Program-made: the position numbers and the translations under genes | Virus record (IMG/VR): IMGVR_UViG_3300011891_000004 | Length of the DNA stretch: 36,787 bases | Origin: a virus | Reading direction: 5' to 3' (one strand) | In this document: in pieces, positions 16,617-25,231 of the stretch | How the letters are laid out: every line of letters starts with the position of its first letter | Position numbering within the stretch: the stretch's first letter is position 1 | The notes under the pieces: model-generated | The model's input: the letters and a program-made list of their open reading frames with translations, nothing else | What the model was told of the DNA's origin: nothing | Database searches by the model: none

Positions 16617-16955
16617 TCACTCCAATCCGAGATACGTATAATTCACAGAACCGTCCGGATTGCGTGATTTTCGTGTATCAGCAATCTTTCGCTCTACTCC
16701 ATGGATGATTACACTCCCACCACTCAAAGTCGCTAAATTGGGGGCAATATCGCCATTAAATAACGCCGACCCTGTGAGCTTCACAATTTTTTGTTGATCC
16801 GTCAACACGGTCACGACCTTGTCTTGATAGTTACAAAACAAATCGGCTTCAAATTCCTTGATGGGCTCGCCATCCTTAGACACGCCCTCGCTTTGCACCA
16901 CCACATGGATTGGAGTCTTGCAAAATTGTGGTAGAACTAAACTTGGAAAATGCAT
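16617..16955 (-). CDS. Head closure / head-tail adaptor protein
   Basis: The start was refined to the ATG at 16955 (MHFPSL), which forms a TGATG overlap with the upstream stop and follows GGAAGGTGA. Confidence 0.6.
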   Translation of the reverse strand: MHFPSLVLPQFCKTPIHVVVQSEGVSKDGEPIKEFEADLFCNYQDKVVTVLTDQQKIVKLTGSALFNGDIAPNLATLSGGSVIIHGVERKIADTRKSRNPDGSVNYTYLGLE

Positions 16956-17326
16956 CAAATCACCTTCCTTGTAAGTCCACTTTGATTCAACAATTCGAAT
17001 GTGCTTCGCTTCATTGCGATTCCATTCATTGTGACTACATTCCAAGAATCACCGAAGTTCATCGACACGCCATTGATGGAATACGATGATAGAGCGGTCT
17101 CGATTAAGTCTTTGTTTTCAATCATGAAGTCAGCCATTTGGCAACACACCTCACGAACCACCGATTGTTGGAATGGAGTGAGATTATCAAACCCCACTCC
17201 AACGATTCGGTTGAATGTTAGTGTGTCGATATGCTGACTAGCTGTCTTCAAGATGCGATTGAGTTGCTCTGGAGTATGAATTCCAAGATATTCGTTCTTG
17301 TAGAACGTTTCATCAGCATATATCAT
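16955..17326 (-). CDS. Head-tail connector protein (gp6/gp15-like)
   Basis: It is the second gene after the major capsid gene, which is the typical position for this role. It is 123 aa. Confidence 0.6.
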   Translation of the reverse strand: MIYADETFYKNEYLGIHTPEQLNRILKTASQHIDTLTFNRIVGVGFDNLTPFQQSVVREVCCQMADFMIENKDLIETALSSYSINGVSMNFGDSWNVVTMNGIAMKRSTFELLNQSGLTRKVI

Positions 17327-17328
17327 GG

Positions 17329-17550
17329 CTATTTACCTTTACCCTTCGAAGTCAACTCAGCAATTTCAGCTTTTAATTTTTCGATTTCTTCAAGAGCTGC
17401 GTTGTAAACCGCACCACTTACAGAAGCTTTCACACCACGAGCATGAAGTTCGTGTTCGCTGTTGTAGATGTCAAAGCCTTGTTTTCGATAGTATTCAACC
17501 TCAAGCTCTGAGATTGTATACACCTTGTTTTCTCTCTCTGCTGTATACAT
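17329..17550 (-). CDS. Hypothetical head-associated protein (73 aa)
   Basis: RBS is TAGGAGGTATTTGA-ATG. It lies directly after the capsid gene. Confidence 0.55.
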   Translation of the reverse strand: MYTAERENKVYTISELEVEYYRKQGFDIYNSEHELHARGVKASVSGAVYNAALEEIEKLKAEIAELTSKGKGK

Positions 17551-17571
17551 TCAAATACCTCCTAGATTAGA

Positions 17572-18465
17572 TTACGCTTGAGCGTTGATGAAGATACCAT
17601 TCGCACGGTTTTTCACTAAGAACGCATCCATGTAGAATCGTGATTGTAATAGATAGTTGTCAGCTGTTCTTGAGTCTGAACCAGGTTCAAATACGTTGAT
17701 GTAAGAGTATTTGTCACGAGCGATGACAGCTGTTGGGTGAACTAGGATGAAGTTGATTTGTTTAGCATCAGCAGCAGGAACGCATCCTTCTGTGAAGTTG
17801 AATTTTGATTTCAAGCGAGCAGATTGAACCACTTTGATTTTTACATCGTCTAAGTCATAGATTGAGCGTTTAACTGAACCCTCGCCAGTAACTCCCATAA
17901 CACGTTGGATGTCTTTGGCTTCTTTTAATAATTTGTTAACTTTTGGAGTAACGTATAATAAACGACCAGCACCCGGAACCCCAGCTTCATCCATTTTTTC
18001 CATGGCTGAATCAAATTGTTCTAAAATGTTTTCAGCTGTAAGAGCTTCAGTTGAGATTGTTGCTCCATTTGCTGCGTAAGTAGTAGCTTCATCATACAAT
18101 TTAGAGAACACATAGCTGTCCTTCTCTGGAATTGTTTGTTCTTCTTCTAATGTGTTTTGTACGTTACCGATAGAAACAGTTTTGTTTGTTTCATCCACAT
18201 CCATTGGGTCGATTACGAATTCGATTGAACGGTCATGAGATAATTTCTTAGGTTCCCATTCGTTTGTGATTGTGCCTTGGTTGAATCCTAATGAGCCACG
18301 AGTGTGGTCTTTGTAACCTGATAATGTGATGCTTGGTAATTTGATTGTTTGAGCATCGATGAATTTAACTTGTTTGTTTGATTGGAATAGTTCAAAAGAT
18401 GCCAATTCTTTTGCGTATTTTTGCTCTAATGCTGGAGCGAATGTTTCTGCGTATTTTAATACCAT
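17572..18465 (-). CDS. Major capsid protein
   Basis: A 297-aa ORF directly after the scaffold gene, with an RBS. Confidence 0.8.
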   Translation of the reverse strand: MVLKYAETFAPALEQKYAKELASFELFQSNKQVKFIDAQTIKLPSITLSGYKDHTRGSLGFNQGTITNEWEPKKLSHDRSIEFVIDPMDVDETNKTVSIGNVQNTLEEEQTIPEKDSYVFSKLYDEATTYAANGATISTEALTAENILEQFDSAMEKMDEAGVPGAGRLLYVTPKVNKLLKEAKDIQRVMGVTGEGSVKRSIYDLDDVKIKVVQSARLKSKFNFTEGCVPAADAKQINFILVHPTAVIARDKYSYINVFEPGSDSRTADNYLLQSRFYMDAFLVKNRANGIFINAQA

Positions 18466-18488
18466 AATTATTTACCTCTTTTCTTTTT

Positions 18489-19085
18489 TTAAACTCCAAA
18501 AATCTTTAAGAGTTCGTCATTTGTTGTTGATTGTTTAACATCCCCCGTGGATCCGACTTGTGTGAATCCTGTTGGTGCTGTTGCTTCTGGTTTAAAAGCT
18601 GGAACGTCTTCCAAGACTTTTGCAATCACAGCCTCGTAGTCTTCATTCTTAGAATCCAACGTGAGATTGGTTGAGTCTGCCAACTTCAAAACGTATGGCA
18701 ACACGTTCGAGCCAACTCCTTGCTTGATTGCCGCAAGTTGTAAGTTGCTCTCAATTCTTGTTTGAAGGGCTTGAGCTTGAGCCACTCGAAGCTCTTCTTG
18801 AAGGGTGTTCACATCTGGTTGGGCGGAGGCTTTTTGACTTTTAAAGCTTGAGATTGCTTGAGCCATCTCTTCCCCTGTCAAGCCTTGGTTCTTGAAATAG
18901 TTCTTCAAGACCGTATCCTCAGCGACCTTTTGCTTGCCTTCCACGATGCTCGCAATCTTCTCATAATCAATCTCTGGAGTACTCTGAGCGGGATTGGTTG
19001 AGTTTGGTTGCGGATCCTGTGTTGTTGATGCCCCAGCATTCGCCGATTCATCAAAGAAAAATAGTTTGTGTTTGAACATTTTCAT
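18489..19085 (-). CDS. Scaffolding protein (DUF4355-like)
   Basis: Low-complexity N-terminus, helical and Q/A/E-rich, and directly precedes the capsid gene. The start may be the second ATG at 19079. Confidence 0.75.
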   Translation of the reverse strand: MKMFKHKLFFFDESANAGASTTQDPQPNSTNPAQSTPEIDYEKIASIVEGKQKVAEDTVLKNYFKNQGLTGEEMAQAISSFKSQKASAQPDVNTLQEELRVAQAQALQTRIESNLQLAAIKQGVGSNVLPYVLKLADSTNLTLDSKNEDYEAVIAKVLEDVPAFKPEATAPTGFTQVGSTGDVKQSTTNDELLKIFGV

Positions 19086-19171
19086 GTCCCTCCTTCTCAG
19101 TTTTTAGGGTGTCTCCCTTATTCAGTTTTGTGCTCAGGTGTCTCCTCGTAGTTTCAAGTCTTCGGACATAC

Positions 19172-19203
19172 CAAAAAGAGCCAACCTCCGGATGGTTGAC
19201 TCT
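19172..19203 (-). terminator. Intrinsic terminator-like hairpin (second of a tandem pair)
   Basis: A 10-bp stem with one mismatch (19177..19203) followed on the - strand by TTTTT. Confidence 0.55.
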
Positions 19204-19232
19204 AATTGGGGTTATTTATTTAATTTTTGGGT

Positions 19233-19265
19233 ACAAAAAAAGCACCTAACTTTTCGCTAGATGCT
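19233..19265 (-). terminator. Intrinsic terminator-like hairpin after the 55-codon ORF
   Basis: An imperfect 10-bp stem (19241..19265) followed on the - strand by T7. Confidence 0.5.
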
Positions 19266-19432
19266 TATTTTTTATTGTATTCAAGGTTTCTTTTCCTTAA
19301 TTCTTTCAAAAATACATTTGTTTCTTCTCTAGATGTAAAATCAATATTTATTCTAATTTTCATCAATTGTTCATCAGACATTTTTGAGAAATCCAACATT
19401 TCAACATCTGGAATTCCTTTTACTAAAGACAT
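19265..19432 (-). CDS. Unannotated 55-aa ORF; candidate immunity/partner protein for the upstream ADP-ribosyltransferase domain
   Basis: Hand translation gives MSLVKGIPDVEMLDFSKMSDEQLMKIRINIDFTSREETNVFLKELRKRNLEYNKK. AAAGGAGTG lies 8 nt before the ATG, which starts 11 nt after the toxin stop. It is below the 60-aa ORF-track cutoff. Confidence 0.55.
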   Translation of the reverse strand: MSLVKGIPDVEMLDFSKMSDEQLMKIRINIDFTSREETNVFLKELRKRNLEYNKK

Positions 19433-19445
19433 CTTTTTCACTCCT

Positions 19446-21173
19446 TTATTTAATCACACGTAATATTATTTTTAGAATTTCTTCGTAATCATCTTCAATA
19501 ACACTTGATTCTTTCAATTCAAATATTGTTCCTCTTCCCATTATAAGTTCACTTTCTTGCACATTCAATGTCAAATAAGCATTTGACCCTTTTGGGATTT
19601 CAATATCCAATTGCACTCTTCTATTAGAAAAAACATTCATGTTTGGATTGACACTAATCGAAGAATAACCAAGCTCTTCATATTTGTGCCCTATTATTGA
19701 ATTTAAAGCATCAGAAACATCTTGAATACTATCGTAAGTTTTTGGGATGTCCGCATTCTTAATGAAATTAGAGACCCAATCAAGATTTACTTTTCTAAAG
19801 CCTTTAATGTTGTAAGGTGTTTTGTTAGATTTGATGACTTCATCTAATGTTTTAGAAGTTATTAAATCCACTTCTCTCAAAAGATTCGGCTCTTTGTTTC
19901 TGAAAGCTCTGTTAATATCGAACGAATTACCTGTCGCAATGTATCCCGTATCTCTTGTTGAATTTGCATAAATTTTTTCTACTTGCGATTTGTTAATTTT
20001 ACCAAATTTTTTCAACGCTTCAGAATAATCTTCTTCTAAATAATTATATTCTTCTTTTGCGTATTTTTCAACATTTTCAAGCTCCAACCCATGAGATTCT
20101 TCAAAAGATTTCAGTTCTTCTCGATATCCCTTCGCCTTATCACGCCACTCAGTAGCACGAGCACGATATGTCTCTTGGTTCTCAGCATCGAGACTGTTCT
20201 TTGCTAGTCGATTGTAGCTCTTCGCTTGTCGTTTAGCATGATTGAGCTTGTTCTCGATTAGTTGTCGTTCCTTGATGACGGGCTTCTCTTCATAGTACCT
20301 CGATTCGGGCTTAGAGCTGATGCCTTCGAAGTAGGTCGAATGCTTATCCTTGCAATTAGGATGATACAAGCCAGCCGCCATCGCTGAGCTCATGAGTGGA
20401 TACGGTCCGTCTTTAGAAGTTCCACCACTCCAAACATCATCGATGAGGACTTTCCCCTCGAATGGCATACATAATGGACACGCATTGAATCGCTTGTTCA
20501 ATATTACGGTAGAGATGCCCCACTCTTGTCGCTTCTGACCTTCACCCATCAAATAGGCTCGTTTGCTTGCTGTTCTCACAGCCATGTCAGCATACGACAC
20601 GATGTTGTGTACCGCACCGTTCGAGTACGTGATGCAATTGATTCCTTTTTTTAGAAAGTCGCTTGTTGCCATGTCCACAGCCTTCTCATAGGTGATGGCT
20701 CCCGAACTTGCTGCGACTTGGGATTGGAAGATTATCTTTCGATATTGGTCGTTCGCATATCGAAGTACAGCGGTTTGGGCTGTCTTCATATCGTGTTCGA
20801 TTGCATTCATCAACGCATCCAATCGCTTCTGATTCGCTTGGAAGAATCCAGCACTTAGACCACGCTCTCTTTTTAGAACGTAGCCTTTCTCTAGTGCCTT
20901 CAACACGTTGAGCTCCTCATCGCTTGCACCTTGCAATGATGCATTGGCGATGGTCTCTCTAATCTTCTGATTCATTGACTTGAACTCGAGACCGTACTTC
21001 TTAGCAGCCTCTTGCTTGAATCGATGAAGTTCTTCGAGTTGGATTGCCTGCCATTGAGTCCATTCGATACCCATCTCAGTTTCTTCCGCTTTGTGTTTCT
21101 TGAGATTCCTCGTCATGGACTCGAGCAATTCATTCTCGATTCTTTCAAATGCTCGACTAACATCATAACCCAT
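19446..21173 (-). CDS. MuF/SPP1 gp7-like head morphogenesis protein fused to a C-terminal mono-ADP-ribosyltransferase (R-S-E, C3/VIP2-like) domain
   Basis: The N-terminal domain has the MuF motif LYHPNCKDKHS. The C-terminus has YIATGNSFDINRAFR, GFRKV, YSSISV and QESELIMGRG, corresponding to the R, STS and ExE motifs. Confidence 0.8.
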   Translation of the reverse strand: MGYDVSRAFERIENELLESMTRNLKKHKAEETEMGIEWTQWQAIQLEELHRFKQEAAKKYGLEFKSMNQKIRETIANASLQGASDEELNVLKALEKGYVLKRERGLSAGFFQANQKRLDALMNAIEHDMKTAQTAVLRYANDQYRKIIFQSQVAASSGAITYEKAVDMATSDFLKKGINCITYSNGAVHNIVSYADMAVRTASKRAYLMGEGQKRQEWGISTVILNKRFNACPLCMPFEGKVLIDDVWSGGTSKDGPYPLMSSAMAAGLYHPNCKDKHSTYFEGISSKPESRYYEEKPVIKERQLIENKLNHAKRQAKSYNRLAKNSLDAENQETYRARATEWRDKAKGYREELKSFEESHGLELENVEKYAKEEYNYLEEDYSEALKKFGKINKSQVEKIYANSTRDTGYIATGNSFDINRAFRNKEPNLLREVDLITSKTLDEVIKSNKTPYNIKGFRKVNLDWVSNFIKNADIPKTYDSIQDVSDALNSIIGHKYEELGYSSISVNPNMNVFSNRRVQLDIEIPKGSNAYLTLNVQESELIMGRGTIFELKESSVIEDDYEEILKIILRVIK

Positions 21174-21414
21174 TCGAATGCACCTTGAATCCTTTCAATC
21201 GATATTCTCGAATCAATTTCTTGAGTTGAGTCTTCGATGTTGCTTTCAAATTCATCATCTCAATCTGACCGTCTTTCTCGACCGCATAGATTCCGAATGG
21301 ACAATACTCCTTACTCATGTTGAGAAGTGCTTTCGCTTGATCCGTTCTCATTTGGTAGTTCTTGTTCATGATTCTCACTAGCAAGTTCATCACCTCTTTC
21401 AACGCTGAATCCAT
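21163..21414 (-). CDS. Small hypothetical protein between the portal and MuF genes (start uncertain)
   Basis: ORF track entry. An alternative start at 21318 (MSKEYCPFG) forms an ATGAGTAA overlap with the portal stop. Confidence 0.45.
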   Translation of the reverse strand: MDSALKEVMNLLVRIMNKNYQMRTDQAKALLNMSKEYCPFGIYAVEKDGQIEMMNLKATSKTQLKKLIREYRLKGFKVHSNGL

Positions 21415-22870
21415 CTAAGTCCGTGTTGACATAAGGCTCATCGACCTCGCTGATGCCTTGCTCAGACTTCAAGCGAATAACTTCTTCGGACTTCCATTGT
21501 TCGTCCTTAGAATCGCCATATAGCTCATCCACAGAAGCTTCGATGGACATGATGCCACTTGTTTTTGCTTTCGATACAGTCTCAACTTGAGACTCGAATG
21601 AAGGATTCGCATATTCCCCAAAAGGAACGTTCACCGCAATCTCTTCGATTGGTCTACGATTCAACACGTTGAAGCTATTGATTGTCATGTTTACTAATTG
21701 AGGGATAAACTCTTGCAATGCTTCCACAATCGTGTTGCGTGTGTATAGAGTAGTCTTCTCTTTCTCACGCTGTGCCTCAGCATTGTCAAGCTTCTTCACA
21801 TCAATCCCAATCGTAGAAGGGCTCACGATACCTTGCAACGCTAAATCTAAAGCGGTGATGTAAGTAGCCAAATAGCTCTCGTGAGGGATGTTCGCTTGTT
21901 GCAATGTAATCTCATTGCTTGCTCCTTCGGCTCTGTCAGATGCTATCTTGATGAATCGATTGTCGAATGCGTTCGGCTTCATGAATGTTCCTGTTCGTGG
22001 GTCCCGTGGAAGCAACGATTCGGGAATATATTCTTTTGTTCGACCGCTTCGAAGAGCATCCATCCATTGAGACCATGACTCATCCAGCGCATCGAATGTG
22101 TCCGTCTTTCTGTCAAAGATGGATTCGCCTCGACCTCGTTCCACATCAGATTCAAAGATGCTAAATGGTACGCATAGAATCAAATGCTTGTCGAACGTGA
22201 AGTCGTTGATGTCCTGTGTATATTCAGTCGAATGAATATCCAATTCAGCATCACCACGATAGAGCTTGTTCGTTACATATCCGAATCCATAATGTTCCTC
22301 GAGTGTATATGTTTGTTTGTTCTCATCAAATCGAGTGGTGAAGACCACTTCATGCAATCGTCCACGTTTGTTCTTGATTTGGATCCGTTCGCCACTTACC
22401 CATTCAATGATTGGATATTGCGAGACCGTAGAATCAAACGAGATTCTGAATGCTCCATCACCAATCACGAGAGCATCTTTCACCGCTTCTTTCAGTTGTT
22501 TCTTGAAGTCGTTATCTTGTGCGATATCCTCCCACAAATCTTCATGCTTGGAATCTTCAAATTCCAAATCATTCATGTCGTAGAGCACCGCATCTCTCAA
22601 GACCTTCACGATGATTCCCGGTAAGCCCGTGTGAATCTTTCTAATCTCTTGCCCCGGAGTTGAATGTGCACCCCAGAAGCTCAATCGTGTCGTTGATAGT
22701 TGAGAGTAAAGTTGTTGCAACTCGTAGGACTTGCCACGATACCAAATTCGATTCTTAGCAGCATTGTCCTCGAATGTCATCTCTTCATTGATGACTATTG
22801 CACTCGGTTGAGCTTTCTCAATTCTCAAAAAGCTCCTCATTCCATTCCTAATCATATTCACCAACCCCAT
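21311..22870 (-). CDS. Portal protein (SPP1 gp6-like)
   Basis: A 519-aa ORF directly after terL and before the MuF gene. The exact start is uncertain (22870 or 22855). Confidence 0.85.
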   Translation of the reverse strand: MGLVNMIRNGMRSFLRIEKAQPSAIVINEEMTFEDNAAKNRIWYRGKSYELQQLYSQLSTTRLSFWGAHSTPGQEIRKIHTGLPGIIVKVLRDAVLYDMNDLEFEDSKHEDLWEDIAQDNDFKKQLKEAVKDALVIGDGAFRISFDSTVSQYPIIEWVSGERIQIKNKRGRLHEVVFTTRFDENKQTYTLEEHYGFGYVTNKLYRGDAELDIHSTEYTQDINDFTFDKHLILCVPFSIFESDVERGRGESIFDRKTDTFDALDESWSQWMDALRSGRTKEYIPESLLPRDPRTGTFMKPNAFDNRFIKIASDRAEGASNEITLQQANIPHESYLATYITALDLALQGIVSPSTIGIDVKKLDNAEAQREKEKTTLYTRNTIVEALQEFIPQLVNMTINSFNVLNRRPIEEIAVNVPFGEYANPSFESQVETVSKAKTSGIMSIEASVDELYGDSKDEQWKSEEVIRLKSEQGISEVDEPYVNTDLDGFSVERGDELASENHEQELPNENGSSESTSQHE

Positions 22871-24209
22871 CGTCTTCTATTTCTCCTCTCTGTTGTCCAA
22901 TCATGTACTTGTATGGTAACCACGCATATTGATTCGCATTTATTGTGTGGTCGTTCTTGTCTTCGGGTGCTTCTTTCGTTTCTTGCCACGAATAAGCGTT
23001 CATCTCTTTGATGTGTTCCACGCAATCTTCAACGACTAAATAGAATCCTCGAGCAATCCATCCAATTTGAAGGTTGATTCGGTCGATGATTTTCGTCTTC
23101 TTATATGCGTTGTTGAAGTTGTAAATGGATCCGAAATTTCGTTTGTATTTAATCATCTCGGTGATGGTCGCTTGGTCTGCTGAATCGATAAACGAATCAC
23201 GACTGAATCCAAACTCCTCAGCGTTTCGGTCAAGGAATGCAATGAACCTCTCGACCGTGTCAGATGGAGCGATTGGCGTGTCTAAGTCCGCATTGTTGTA
23301 GACTTGTTCGGCTAGTGTCACCAAACGCCCGTCATCCGTGATGCCTTGGAATATCATCGCAATCGTGTCTTCGCTCTTTCTTGAATAAGCTGTATCGAGC
23401 CCAGCTGAGAACATTACATAATTGAATTTCTTTGCTTGAGCTTTCGTGATTACGTTTTTCTTACTGTCGAAGTTAGGGAAGACCAATCCTGTTGCTCGAC
23501 CTCGAAGTCCTTGAATCTTGTTCTTGTACATCTTAGTTCCGAGTGGAACCGAGTCTATTTTCTTTTGAATATCCTTATCACTCAAAGATTTGTTGTCTTT
23601 AAACGTGAAGAACCAATATCTCCATTTGGGATTGTGTCGTTCTTTCAAGTCAGCCATAATCTCACGAGGAACATCCTTCTCGTATTTCTTGTAAGGACGA
23701 GAGCGATTGATGAATTCCTTGTACACAGGTAAATCGGGATTGTCGGGATTCAGAGTCGCCATCAGATAGTCGTTACGAGCTGAGACCTCACGAACGAATT
23801 CGATGTTCGCTGTGTTGACCTCATCGATGTACACACATCCATATTGCCCACCAAGAGCAAGTTGCCATTTCTCTTTCGTATCGTATCCAAGAATGTAGAT
23901 GATTTTATCCTCGAATTTAATGTGGGGGATTTTGTAGTCCTTGTCCCCATTACCAAAATAAAAAGCATCTCGATGGATGTCGAGGATGCCATTGTCTTGA
24001 TTGATTAAGTTCTTTTCAGCAACACCGACCGTCTTCGCTGCGATGATGTGGAACTTCTTCTTGCTCCTTGAGACCATACGCATGAACTTGACACCCAAGC
24101 CCACCGTGGTCTTGCCGGCGGCTGTCGTTCCCTCAAGGAAGTCCGCATCCACGTTTTCGACCGTGTTGCAAAAATCGATGTATTTTTGAGAGAGTGGGAA
24201 GCTATTCAT
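22848..24209 (-). CDS. terL: Terminase large subunit (Terminase_3/PBSX-type)
   Basis: Walker A GTTAAGKTT and Walker B CVYIDEV. The ATG at 24209 forms an ATGAATAG overlap with the terS stop. Confidence 0.9.
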   Translation of the reverse strand: MNSFPLSQKYIDFCNTVENVDADFLEGTTAAGKTTVGLGVKFMRMVSRSKKKFHIIAAKTVGVAEKNLINQDNGILDIHRDAFYFGNGDKDYKIPHIKFEDKIIYILGYDTKEKWQLALGGQYGCVYIDEVNTANIEFVREVSARNDYLMATLNPDNPDLPVYKEFINRSRPYKKYEKDVPREIMADLKERHNPKWRYWFFTFKDNKSLSDKDIQKKIDSVPLGTKMYKNKIQGLRGRATGLVFPNFDSKKNVITKAQAKKFNYVMFSAGLDTAYSRKSEDTIAMIFQGITDDGRLVTLAEQVYNNADLDTPIAPSDTVERFIAFLDRNAEEFGFSRDSFIDSADQATITEMIKYKRNFGSIYNFNNAYKKTKIIDRINLQIGWIARGFYLVVEDCVEHIKEMNAYSWQETKEAPEDKNDHTINANQYAWLPYKYMIGQQRGEIEDDGVGEYD

Positions 24210-24657
24210 CGAGCCCACTTCCTCCTAATTGGTTCACGATATCATCGAATTTCGGTTTCGATTCAATCTGAGCGTTGATGTCCACACGATCCGTGAACGT
24301 TCCATATCGCTTGCCTAGAAGCTCCGCCGCTCGTGTTCTCGATTGTACGTTCGGGACCGCTTGGATAACCTTTTGAGTTCCTTCACCATCAAGAACCAAA
24401 AGAGGCTCGGTCTTCTCGCCACGCATCACGCTTGTCAAATATTGAAGGACTTCTTCTTGTGTTGCAATCTTCTCAGATTCGAGCTTTGCAAGTCGTTCAT
24501 CGATATAGCTTTTTATTCCTACATTTTCCAACAATTTATGACTTTGAGCTTTTGCATATTTTTCAGAATAACCAGCTTCCACCGCTGATTTATAAAGATT
24601 CCCTGTGATGATGTACTCATCCGCAAATCGCTGTTGTTTCAATGTCATTTTCGTCAT
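24202..24657 (-). CDS. terS: Terminase small subunit
   Basis: N-terminus LKQQRFADEYIITGNLYKSAVEAGYSEKYAKAQSHKLL is typical of the Terminase_2 HTH. It precedes terL. Confidence 0.85.
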   Translation of the reverse strand: MTKMTLKQQRFADEYIITGNLYKSAVEAGYSEKYAKAQSHKLLENVGIKSYIDERLAKLESEKIATQEEVLQYLTSVMRGEKTEPLLVLDGEGTQKVIQAVPNVQSRTRAAELLGKRYGTFTDRVDINAQIESKPKFDDIVNQLGGSGLDE

Positions 24658-24687
24658 TTTCCATCACCTCATTTCTATATTTTAACC

Positions 24688-24718
24688 AACAAAAAACCTC
24701 GGGAGTGGAGACCCGAGG
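24688..24718 (-). terminator. Strong intrinsic terminator in the terS leader
   Basis: Stem CCTCGGG/CCCGAGG (24697..24718) followed on the - strand by TTTTTT, about 30 nt before the terS RBS. Confidence 0.75.
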
Positions 24719-24743
24719 AAAAAATAAATGTAGGAGTTTTCAC

Positions 24744-24752
24744 ATTATGACA
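24744..24752 (-). promoter_or_regulatory. Candidate extended -10 (TGTCATAAT) of the late promoter, without a good -35
   Basis: Read on the - strand. It lies between the ArpU-like gene and the leader terminator. Confidence 0.35.
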
Positions 24753-24832
24753 AGATGATATCGTTTCTTACACCTTTTCACACTACTAATATATCACGTT
24801 TTTCTAGTGACAAACACCGTTTTCTGTCACTA

Positions 24833-25231
24833 CTAAAATTTTTCACCCAATTTGATGAGCAAAATCTCACACGCTAGATTGCAAGCGTTCATGATGACAT
24901 TTCGATTCGTGAAGTGTTTCTTCGCAAGTGAGCGATAGTCGTATACATCATCGAAATAGTATTCCGAGACAAATTCTCTTTGTTTTTCATCAAGCTCTTC
25001 GAGAGTTTCTTCCACGCATCTTTTCCAAAAGAGACGATTCTGAATATATTTGTCACTCTCGAATCGAATGAGCTCGTTTTCCGCTGCTTTCGAATTCGTT
25101 CCTTTCGCACGGATCCACGCATTCACATCTTCTTCCTTATGGCATAACATATCGAATTTTCTCGATGTGATTTCTTTGTCATAATATGGATACTCTCTGA
25201 ATCGAATCTCAGCGATTTTCTTATCTTTCAT
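24833..25231 (-). CDS. Late-gene transcriptional activator (ArpU/RinA-like, sigma region-4-like C-terminus)
   Basis: A 132-aa ORF immediately upstream of terS. The C-terminal LDEKQREFVSEYYF...SLAKKHFTNRNVIMNACNLACEIL resembles the ArpU-family HTH. Confidence 0.65.
   Translation of the reverse strand: MKDKKIAEIRFREYPYYDKEITSRKFDMLCHKEEDVNAWIRAKGTNSKAAENELIRFESDKYIQNRLFWKRCVEETLEELDEKQREFVSEYYFDDVYDYRSLAKKHFTNRNVIMNACNLACEILLIKLGEKF

Noticed and set aside
19227-19463. A 78-aa + strand ORF lies opposite the small post-toxin ORF.
   Set aside because: It has a non-ATG start, no RBS, spans a terminator, and its translation is hydrophobic and low in complexity. The - strand 55-codon ORF has a proper RBS and tight spacing to the toxin stop.
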